Below are positions 53,380-64,000 of a stretch of 64,000 nucleotides of DNA, in pieces. The notes under the pieces were generated by a model, which searched no databases, was not told the origin of the DNA, and saw nothing but the letters and a program-made list of their open reading frames with translations. Source of the DNA: Octopus sinensis. Its lineage: Eukaryota. Both the position numbers and the translations under genes were made by a program. The stretch lies in assembly GCF_006345805.1 (NCBI RefSeq), contig NC_043008.1:26164001-26228000 (forward strand). The letters are read 5' to 3'. The stretch's first letter is position 1. The number at the start of each line of letters is the position of its first letter.

Positions 53380-53870
53380 AGTTAAATAAGTGCCAAGTAG
53401 GGTTGGATTAACCTGTGGTCTCCGCCTATGGTCGATTAAGTAGTTAGTAGAATGTCCAGGTTATGTACACAGAAGAAATTTGGTAGATAGCTATAAAGGG
53501 TTGTTAATGGGGCAAATAGTAATTAAGGTACCAATAGAGACTGTGGTGATCTCAGCAATAACACAAACAAAAAGAAAAGTTCATCATACAGATCAGGAAC
53601 TAATTATAAGTATAAGAAGCATAGTGGATACAAAGGAAAAAATGACAAAAAAGTGATGTAATATGGTATAATCCTCCCTTCATTTAGTTACTAATTTATG
53701 CAGTAAATTCTTTAGCATATTCCAGTGCAACTTCCCTCTATCACATATGTATAACCGTTTATTCTCCTGTAAAAATGTTAGGGTTTCCTATTCAACTCTC
53801 CCCAATCTGGATACAATTATAGCTGGCCTGAACAAGAGATACATAGCCATAGCCTGGAGTATTAGTAATA
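53380..53870 (+). mobile_element. Penelope-like element relic
   Basis: VIWYNPPF...YNRLFSCKNVRVSYSTLPNLDTIIAGLNKR. Confidence 0.7.
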
Positions 53871-53929
53871 ATGTCCATAACCCAACACCAAATAATAATT
53901 GTACCAAGAATAATAAAAATAATCCTTTC

Positions 53930-54240
53930 TATTATCGGCACAAGGCCTGGAATTTGGGGGGAGGGGGATAGTCATTCACATTAACTCCAGTGTGGAACTG
54001 GTGTTTATTTCATTAACCTCAAAAGGACGAAAGGCAAAGTCGACTTCAATGGAATATGAACTGAGAATGTGAAGACAGACGAAATACTTTATTTACATTA
54101 TTTACATTTGACGGATATAATGTAAATAATATAAATAATGTACATAATTCCTCATCTCTTAAATATAGAACTGTATAGACGAAATACTGCTAAGCATTTT
54201 GCCCGGTGTGCTAACAATTCTACCATCTTGCCATCACTAC
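53930..54240 (-). mobile_element. SINE (family of 6645-7098) interrupted by an 88-bp insertion
   Basis: GAAAGGCAAAGTCGAC domain; insertion flanked by duplicated AGACGAAATACT. Confidence 0.8.
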
Positions 54241-55770
54241 TAAATTAATTCGATTTGAAATTAGATATAATCCAGGGTGCAAAACCGTACTCAAACAGCC
54301 GTACGGGTGCAGACTATGTTACATGGAGCTGCACGACTTATTAAAGGGATCAAATAGCAAAATTTTAATTAATAATAAATTGGACATTCGTCTTTCATGT
54401 ATCCATAAAGTAACCTGTACCTTTAAATATTTTAAGACATCACATAGTCTCTATTCTATGTTTAACCTAGGGCTAAACTGTCTCGGTCCCACTACTTTCA
54501 TATGTAGATCCCCAAACTCCAATGATTTGCTTATTCTTCTGAGTAGTCTTCTGCCTTTTCTCTTTCCACTACATCCTGTCCCCAATTATGATATAAATCC
54601 TAATAAAATTACTTGCATAGTATGTGATAGTGAAGGAACTAATCTTTTCTATCTACTTTTATCTAACATTACGTTTTTGTGTTTACGATCGCATCTAACT
54701 TATGAAATAGCAGCCTACACTCCCTAGCTAGTTTTCCAATTTCCCTCAGTAAGTAATCCTTATACCAGGTTATTGTTATTTGTGCTGCTCACAATAATAA
54801 AGGAACATATCACCCAAACTTCTTAACTATGTCTATTGGTTTTAGTTTACACAACCTGATTTATATAATAACGAAATGTACTATCTAATTAAGTAATATT
54901 AATGCCACCAATAAAACATTCTAAAAAGTTAATCAGTAGATAACTACTAGCTTCTGGCTTACAAAGATGTCTGATCTGGTATACCCACTTTGTTCTGTAT
55001 TAGCTGAGATTTATTAGGTAATTCTCTCATTCGTTGAACTTCATAATTGAAATGACAGGTAGTACACTATCACTACTACCCTTATTTCCCTATTTATCAT
55101 TTATAACAGTAATAATTCTATACCAGGCACACATGTTCTCTTATTACAAGGGTGTGTCATTATCCCATATAATATATTTGTTTCTATATCAACATCCTAC
55201 CTCTACTTTGCTTTACCAGATAAAATAATCACACAAAACACTACCATTCCACAATTGTTAGAACTAATGATTTGAGTTCTTTCTAACCCTCCTCCACAGT
55301 CAACCCCTATCCATTGTATAGCCCTAATTCTGTAGGTATCTCTCCCCTCCTCTCTTTAAACTTTAATCTTTAACAAAAGCATCCAACACTCCGGACCAGT
55401 AGTTATTTGACTTTATTTATTTTTTTACTTTGTCTTCAATTCATTCCCTGCTACCCATATTTCTAATCCTAGTGTAACAAAATGAATAACACATAAAAAT
55501 ACACATATAATTGCCTACTCGTCATCTCCAGTCACTGATATGAAACACCCTAGCTGACTCCAATTTACATCCTCTACCCCCCCCCCTCCGGATGCTGACC
55601 ATAAATATCATGTTACCCTTTCTCACAAACTAAATTCTTAATGTAACTCCTCCCCTCAATGCCAATAGCACCCAATTTTTTAGTTTTTATCCTATTTCAT
55701 GGTCTGCTTTGGTTGGCTTCAGGCATGTTGCCACTGTGTTCCTGGGATATTTTCCTATTGTTTTGAAATT

Positions 55771-55843
55771 CTGTTTCATCTGATGATTACGTTTTTTTGC
55801 ACTCGTCTATCTAAAATGTGTAAGAAACAGCTGTAATGAACAG
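55771..55843 (+). ncRNA. Minimal type I hammerhead ribozyme with intact catalytic core
   Basis: Stem I TTCAT(55775-79)/ATGAA(55836-40) extended by CTG/CAG; CTGATGA 55780-55786; stem II TTAC/GTAA; GAAAC 55824-55828; palindromic loop AGCT; GTA cleavage triplet 55833-55835. Confidence 0.8.
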
Positions 55844-55883
55844 ATCTTTATCCATCATCTCTTATTCTCTTATTATTCATTTA

Positions 55884-55924
<41 letters not shown>

Positions 55925-56059
55925 GGAATTTGGAAAATATTTTGGTGTTATTTATTCACCATTATACATGTTTCATTTGCTAATAGGTATCACAAAAGTG
56001 TATATGTTAGATAAACTTGTAAGAAATTTCCTATTAAAATTCTTCAGACAGAGAATCAA

Positions 56060-56670
56060 ACATCATCATCATTGTTTAACATTTGTTTTCAAGGCTGACA
56101 TGAGTTGGATGGTTTGACATGGAGCCGACCAGCCGGGGAGCTGTTCAGAGCCCAATCATCTGTTGTGACTTGGTTTCTACAGCTTGATTCCTGATGCCAA
56201 CCTCTTTACAGAGTATGCTGGCTACTCCTCATGTGCCACTGGTATGGGTGTGTACATAAAGCACCAGCATGGTGCTTTTTATGTGACACCAGCACCTGTA
56301 AAGGACATTCCTGTATTTATAGATGACAATGATTTTATTTAACTTGACACATCTTCTCAAGAATAGCAAATTGCCACAATTCCCTGTCCCTTTGTCATTT
56401 CTTCAATGAGGCTCAGTGTCTGAAAATTCTTTCTCACCATTTCATCCTGAGTCTACCCCTTCCACAGGTTCCCTCCATGGTTTGAGCTCAACACTTCTTT
56501 ATGCAGTTGTCTTCATCCATATGCATCACATGACCATACCAGCAGTCTTCTCTCTTGCATGCAACATCTGATGTCTCTTATAGCTAGCTTTCCTTTTATA
56601 TCATTTACACTTTGTTGTTGTGTGCACATTGACATTACCCATCCAATGGAGCATGCTAGCTTCATTTCCT
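56060..56670 (-). mobile_element. RTE LINE 3' end (C-terminus plus UTR plus CAT tail)
   Basis: Homologous to 43206-44060, more decayed. Confidence 0.8.
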
Positions 56671-56731
56671 TCTATATATATTTATATACATACATATATA
56701 TATATATATACATTACATATATATACATTAC

Positions 56732-56768
<37 letters not shown>

Positions 56769-56797
56769 TATACATACATATATATATTTGTATATAT

Positions 56798-57680
56798 ATA
56801 TTGTTATATTTTGGGAGTCTTTTTTTTTTGCTAAATAAACACGTGCACAATATATTCATCCTTCATTCTTTATTACTGTTCTTTCTTTATATTATGTCAA
56901 TTGTCTGGAAATCTTTCATCATACATCTCTGACCTCTTCAGCGACCCTTTCTGTCTAGGTGTATCCTCCTACTCCACTTAGTTCGTTCTGTCCTTCTATG
57001 ATATGTATCGTTATCTGTGTATGCATTTGTGTCTGTATCAGTGTGTGTGCGCATCTGTGCATACGTGTGTCTGTGTGTTTTGCATGTGTGCTTATGTTGT
57101 GTATATGGGCTTGCCCACTACACTGTTTGTATCTTGCCCCTTTATAGTGGTGTTACAGCCATTGTCATTGTTCTTGGTACTTCATATGTTGACTCCACCA
57201 ACACAGAAAAATAGAAGAACAATGTCAAAATAAGAGTCAAAAACAGCAGCAGCAACAACAAGAGAAAACATAGGTGAGGGAGGGTCAACATATGAAGAAC
57301 CACTAAGAACAATGATGATTATGGTGACAACAGTATAAAGGGCAGAGATACAAACAGTGTAGTGGGTGAATCCATATACACACATGTGTAAGCACACATA
57401 CAAAACACAGACACACATATACATACACACACGCACACAAACACACACACAGATACAGACGCCAACACATGGACAGACAAAGATACACATTATAAGACAG
57501 AATGGACTAAGTGGAGCAGGTGGATAGACATGGCCTGAAGAGGTCACAAATCTGTGATGAAAGATTTTCAGACAATGGATGTAAATAAAATAAGAACAGT
57601 AATAAACAAGTGAAAAATGAATATATAGTACATGTGTTTATTTGATAAAAAGAAAATGACCATCTGAAATATAACAATAT
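56798..57680. repeat. Large imperfect palindrome/foldback (arms about 405 bp, spacer about 70 bp)
   Basis: 56798-57200 aligns to the reverse complement of 57272-57680 at about 75-80%, e.g. CCCACTACACTGTTTGTATC versus GATACAAACAGTGTAGTGGG. Confidence 0.9.
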
Positions 57681-57702
57681 CCAAACTAAAAGCAGAAAAA
57701 TT

Positions 57703-57785
57703 TGTCAGCAGCCAGCCATGAGGATCGAATTCATATCCCTGCAATATCCAGTTGGAATGCTTTACCATTTAAGCTAAACTGCCTG
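57703..57785 (-). mobile_element. tRNA-derived SINE head or tRNA pseudogene
   Basis: GGCAGTTTAGCTTAAATGGTAAAGCA...GAATTCGATCCTC (A- and B-box-like); does not fold as a clean tRNA. Confidence 0.55.
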
Positions 57786-57939
57786 ATCACCAGACCTTTC
57801 TGCAATTTAAGAAGTTATAGAATCATCCAGGAACACTAGATGTCATATTGATTATGTCATATGTTTGTTTTTGAAGCATTAAAATGTATTGTTGAACAAG
57901 CAGAAAGATAAATTTTATTCAATGCGTAGATACTGAGGA

Positions 57940-57981
<42 letters not shown>

Positions 57982-58242
57982 GATAAAATTCTTTTTTTTT
58001 TTTTATAGCAAGAAAATTTGTCAGCAGCCAGAAAACTTTGTCTTGCAGCCTCTTCAATATGGAAAAGGTTGCAAGATAACGAAAATTTTAGAAAAATAAA
58101 GAAGGAAATGAGTAGATATTTTACCAGTGAGTGTGTTAAATTATAAGGCACTAAAAGAGAATGACTCTCCCAGACACGACAGAATATGCTTCAACACACG
58201 AACACACATAAAGAATCTTGCAAACCAAATCCAAAAATGAAA

Positions 58243-58278
<36 letters not shown>

Positions 58279-59439
58279 TGTATGTATGTATGTATGAATG
58301 CATGCATGCATGCTTGCTTGTTTGCATATACATGTATGTATGCATGCATGTTTGCATGTATGCATGTATATATGCATGCATGTATCGAGAGAGAGAGACA
58401 TAGAGGGAGATAGACAGACAAATAGATAGATGTAATCAAGACATTAAAATAAAGAAATATTACATTCCGACGTATGTTTCAGCTGGATAAGCATATTAGT
58501 GTCTCTTGGTATAAGTTTTTTGTGCATTCATTTGACCTACATTACACAAACATGTTCCAGTCTTATACAACTTTATTTGAGATGTTTCTCATACAGGTGG
58601 GTGAAGCGAACTGAAGATTCACACATCAGATATACCTTTGGTGAAGAAGTATAAAAGAATAGAGCAAATGAGAGTAGAGGTAGTAGGGAAATATGATACA
58701 TCCATAGTTCTGGTTTCATTTATATTTGGAACAGCCTTTTTAGACATTAAGGAAACAGATTACTTTATTTCACTTTGTCATAGAAGGCATCTCAAGTAGA
58801 TCAGATGGCTGGAGTAAAAATGATGAGATCAATACCAAAAATACGGTCAACAATGACAACAATGGCAATGGTAGCAACTGTAACAGTAGCAACAACAATG
58901 ACATAAAAACTAAATTGAATATTTCACATTTTCTGTTTGGTGGAACACACTTCTGAGTTTAACTTATGCTAAGGTTGGCCTTAGACCTATGACTAGTTCG
59001 AGCTGCAAAATATAAACCCAAAGAATGGCATTCTTCTTGTTTAGGAATTGATGATATCAATATTTGATGGAATGTGTCATAATCTTGAGCTCAAATTGTC
59101 CTTGTGATACCTTACATTCTTAAAGTGACAGAATCATTAAAAAGCAATTTGTTGCAAAATTATTTCTAAAGTTGTTTTGTAGATTTTAAAATTTTAGTGT
59201 GATCTCCAAAATCTCATTATCACATTAGATTTATTTGATTTTTTAAGTGTTTTCTTTAACTTTAACATTTTTATTTTTTTAATCTTGTTTCTGATCTTTT
59301 CTTATAAAAAAGATAGTTCTAAAATTTTATAAACTATTCATACACTGCTCTGTCATCATGTTGACATTCATGTACATTTAGTTGGAGAAGCAATTCTAAT
59401 AGCCTGATTTAACTTTCTGGAACTTACTCACCAACTTAC

Positions 59440-59673
59440 CTAACACACATGAGGTATATTAGAGTGGACTTATGAGAAATGACTTCAGAGAAAGCTACAA
59501 AATGTAGTACAGTAGATCTGACCGTGGGCATCAACATGAAATAGGCCTGAAAGTCAGCAGGAGCATATTAAATTCAGTCATCAGTTGAACACAGTATTCA
59601 ACAGATTCACTGTCACAAGTATTGCTGTAAGACCTCAGAATACAATAATCATTGAAGTCTATGCTCCAGCACC

Positions 59674-59723
<50 letters not shown>

Positions 59724-61620
59724 ATATATATATATGAATGATCCAGTTGAAAAGGTTTAGGAAGATCTAGAGATGACTATCAAGACAACTCCAAACAAAG
59801 ATGTCTAAAGTAGCCCCAAATGCAGTGGGGTGTATGGGGATTCAAGAAACCAATGATTGTGGACTATGGCTTCTAAAATTTTCCATCAGTCATAAGCTAC
59901 CCCCACCAATACATATTTGGCACAAAAGACATTCTGAAGAACAAAATGCATCATGCATATGTTGGTGAGATGAGACTCATAAGCAGATGAGACTCATACT
60001 TTATCCTCATACACCAAAAGTTCAAGTCTTTTATTTACAAAGCTAAGAAAATATGAAGCCAGTATGCTTCACTGGATGTGCAATGTCAGTGTGCATGTTT
60101 GACAAAGTGTAAGAAGCATCTTGAGAAAAAAGTTATGTATAAGAGGAATCAGATGTGGTGTGTGAGAGAGGGAACTGCACTGGTATGGTAATGTGATGCA
60201 TATGGATGAGGGCAGCTGTGTAAAGAAGTGTCAATCTCTAATTGTGGAGGGGACCTGTGATAGAGGTAGACCCAAAATGACATGGGTCGAAGTGGTGAAG
60301 CATGATCTTCAAACTTTTAGCCTCATTGAGGTAATGACTAGTGACTGAGACCTTTGGTGATATGCTGTGCTTGAGAAGTAAAATCGTAGTCATGGCTGAT
60401 GTTGGTGTTACATAACTTGGCTCCCATGCCAGTGGCACAAGAAGAACAATGTTGGACCATTGGACCTCACAGAGCCAAAGTAACTGAGTTCCTTTCATGC
60501 GTTGGGCCTCACAGAAGCAAAAGTGGCTGAGTTCCTTTCGAGCATTGGTCCTCATGGAGGCAAAGTGGCTGAATTCCATTCAAGTGTTGGGCCTCACAAA
60601 GGCAATGACCGAGATCTTGTCATTATGTCATGCTTGAGAAGAAGACCCATCAAGCCACGCAAAATCGCAGTCATGGCAGATACCAGTGTCATGCAAATGA
60701 CACCCATGCCAGTGGCACGTAAATGCACCCATTAGACTCTAAACTGATTGAGTGGTTGGCATTAGGAAGGGAATCCAACTACAGAAAACCATGCCAAATC
60801 AGACTGGAGTCTGTTGAAGCCTTCCAGCTTATCAGCCCTAGTCAAACCATCCAACCCATGCCAGCATGGAGAATGGACATTAAATGATGATGATGATGAT
60901 GAGGAGGAGGAGGAGGGGGAAGAGGTGGAGGAGGTGGAGGAAGACCAAGATATTCCATGATGTCAACAGTGATCTTGACATGGTACTGATGACATTCCAT
61001 TTCAAGTTGAGTACAGTCTTTAAACAAAGAACTGCCTGATTCAATGTGGAGAGGCTGGAAGACCCAGAGGTTTCAGTAGTATTACAAGTCAATATAAGCA
61101 GCAGGTTTAAAGCTCTTAGATTACAAAGAGGAAGATATCAACATCCTGAATGACAACACCAAGGAAGAACTCTGCTGAATTATTTTTGGAAGTGCTAGGA
61201 GAAAGACATAGATCACCAAAGACATTCTGGCAGTATACAGGATTTTGAGATCAAAAAGAAAATGGAGGATGTCAAGTGAAACAGCATCAGTGTGATAGCA
61301 TCAAACCTAGAATAAAGGATAGCAACATGAGGCCGCTTTTGAGATTTTAAAGAGGATCATAAAATGCAGCAACCCATCAGTATTGTCACTGAGAGACTAG
61401 ACTGCAATTATCAAAAGATGCCTTGAGTACTGCAATGAACTTTACAGCTGTAAATTTAGTCATAACAACAGCACTCTTAACTACAGCAGAAAACTTGGAG
61501 ATAGCCTACATCACAACTAAATCAAAGAGGTACAAGTAATGTGCATAGCAGAAAGGTAAATTACATGAGTGGACAACTACCCAGTAGAGTTCCTGAAGCA
61601 TAAAGAGCCAGAACTCCTCA
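59440..61620 (+). mobile_element. Old RTE-BovB-like endonuclease relic, split by a younger RTE 3' end (about 60040-60935) and (TA)n
   Basis: IIEVYAP...; after the insert, DVNSDLDMVLMTFHFKL...FNVERLEDPEV...RFKAL. The inner element encodes the RGRPKMTWVEVVKHDL C-terminus, a tandem-repeat UTR and a (GAT)n tail. Confidence 0.7.
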
Positions 61621-63399
61621 AGACACACAGAACTACTTAAATTTTTCATCACTGAACTCGTTGCTAACTCTCACTTCATTGATTGTTTCTATATTCTTTG
61701 TACTTTGCTGTATTCATTTTGAGAAAGAGAGAGAGAGAGAGAGACACAGAGAGAGAGAGAACTACATAATGGTACTGCTGTATATATATATATATATTTA
61801 CTTAGCCATCTTTACTTACCTTTTTTTCCAATATCATCATTGGTCTTTCACTGCCCTAGGTTTTTTTCCTCTGTCAGTACACTGAGCACACTTTTATTTA
61901 GAGCTCATCAATTTCCATCTCTCACCATCACAAGTATTCATCACTCCAGTATATCAATTGATCCTTTTACTAACCAGCTATTTGTTCTCTCAACTCTACT
62001 TATTCTCTATATTTCATGTAAGTTAATGATACGTTTTCAATGGTTCAAACTTGACTATTTTTTCTTGTCTCTGCAGGCTCTCTGGATTCAATACACTAGC
62101 CACATTAAAACAACCTGTCCAAATGTTTTATATGGTGTACCAATGCATGAAGAGAATCCACCCCAATAAAAAAAAAACCCTTTGCTGCCGGTCTACTTTC
62201 TATATAATTGTATTAATAGATACATGCTGGAAACATCATTTGCATTTCAAGATCTTTGAGAATAAAGACAGAATCAACTGAAAGAAATATTTAAGTGGAC
62301 TGAATTAAACATGAGAAAAATTTTAGCCTTTTGCTTCTTGTCCTTGCTTTTGTTTTATGACATCTTTTATTTCTTCTTGCTGAGCTTTATTCTTACTTTA
62401 TTTCCTTTTTTATTTCCTTCTCTTTCATACAATTCATCTTATTTGTTCTTCATTCTTGAGAAGGAGAAAAGTTGCTAAAAGTTTCTTGCATTTATTTTCA
62501 TCTGCTCATTTTTTCAGCTCAGTTATTCTGTTATATTACCATCGTTTGATAATATCAACACTACAAATTGGATTATGTGTCCCTGAGACATATATGGAAT
62601 CATTCTATCTGAGTAGCTGCTTGATCTCTGAAAGAGAATGAAACTAAGAATTACAGGAAGAGGGGAGGTCAATGTTTTTGAGTTTTGGAATCTTAACAAT
62701 TACACATGATATTTTTCATAATTTTGGAGCCAAAAATAAAAAACGAAATTTCAACATACAAAATGACAAGAAATATGATGGCCATGAAGAGAATAAGAAA
62801 AATTTGAAAGTAGAAAGATTTTTAATATTGTACAAAGGAAAATTGTTCTTTAATTTTCCATGAAAATTGTATTGGTGTATCACTATATACCAACAGGAAG
62901 TTCCCAAGGGTTGTTCATCAGTCTAAAGGTAATGCAAAAGAAAAAGAAAGGCTACATTATCAAATAGTGTGTGATTTGAGAGAAATTTGGCTGCTGTTTC
63001 TATCAACTTCAACAATTATGTAATAGTCCACCATAATTTTCATTGGTGCTTTTGTTGATGTCATCATTATTACTGTTATCATAGTTGTAATTGATACTCT
63101 TCTTGCTTTGTTGGAATTGTTATTCTGTGATTTTCATTGAAGGAGTCTCTTCTCATTACTCTGATAGTTTCAGTTAAAAAGTTTATGCTTGCTTTGATGA
63201 TATATAAGAAATGAAGCGAGAAGCATATTCCTCTTTCAAAATCACATACTTCAATGGAAATCCAATAGAGAATTTTGTAAAGTTTACTCAACCTCTCTGA
63301 CTGAATAATAATAATGTGTGGCTTCAAAATAGCAGGAAAATGCAATGAACACAAACCAGAGGCTGTGATAGAAAATAAGAATTACAGGAGCATATGAGA

Positions 63400-63800
63400 G
63401 TTCCCCATGAATGGGAGTTCCCCATAGAGACTAACCATACCACTGGAGCAAAAAAGAAAAGCAAAAAAGAAAGCCAGATATGATTATAAAAGAACAAACA
63501 AACAGTGTTAGATAATAAACCTTGCAGTTCTATTTAATAACAGAATCCATAGCTAGGAAGAGGACAAAAATTGTGAAATATCAGGATCTAGCTAATTGAA
63601 GAGATTATAGATGACTAAGACAAGAATTTTTCCTGTGGTAATTGGTACAACTCCTACAACAACCAAACTACTATCTAAGAGGCTGAAAGACACTGGAACT
63701 GAAAATCCCATTGCTAATATGCAGAAAACTGCTATCCTTTATTTTTTCAAGAATTCTAAGAAAGATTTTTGAGAATTGGGGATACTGGTCATTACTAAAC
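63400..63800 (+). mobile_element. Second RLE-clade LINE 3' relic
   Basis: KPDMII...IINLAV...IVKYQDLA...FPVVIGT...MQKTAIL, with frameshifts. Confidence 0.7.
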
Positions 63801-64000
63801 CTTGTTTATAAAATTTGCCCATAATAGCTTTGGAATAGCAACAACAACAGGAACAATAATTATATGACACAAGGAAAAATCATCTCAAATCTATCCAGTT
63901 CTAGCACTTCTTGATGTCATATAATCATCCAAAATATTACAAACATATTTCTTATCTTCTTTATGTGTCCAAGTGACGGCTTGGGGAAAATGTGTAAATA

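Noticed and set aside
57703-57785. Possible functional tRNA gene
   Set aside because: Acceptor and anticodon stems do not pair cleanly and its 3' flank is repeated at about 58010-58032; treated as a SINE head.
62050-62180. Strong + strand acceptor (TTTTCTTGTCTCTGCAG at 62076) followed by AATAAA and an A-run
   Set aside because: Short frames with no recognisable product and no supported upstream exon; cannot be called without transcript data.

Overview
AT-rich, microsatellite-dense animal genomic DNA with no confidently identifiable host protein-coding gene, rRNA or functional tRNA. The SINE families, RTE LINEs and compound (CA)n/(TA)n/(TAGA)n/(CATA)n tracts match my recollection of Octopus/coleoid cephalopod genomes; this is an inference, not a database result. 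The window reads as an intronic or intergenic transposon graveyard: RTE LINEs (one near full length at 43.2-47.7 kb), CR1-like and RLE-clade LINE relics, several Penelope-like (PLE) fragments, and mariner, Chapaev3-like, Helitron, Gypsy and hAT relics, plus many tRNA-derived SINEs. Most ORFs in the supplied track are microsatellite artefacts. The most notable structures are: (1) a nested stack at 33.1-37.3 kb (old palindrome > hAT element > 605-bp-arm foldback > TSD-flanked, ORF1-only HAL1-like retroposon); (2) a minimal type I hammerhead ribozyme with an intact core at 55.8 kb and a related degenerate copy at 48.0 kb; (3) a G:U-rich RNA hairpin of about 110 nt at 11.5 kb; (4) a second large foldback at 56.8-57.7 kb. 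All identities and alignments were estimated by eye.
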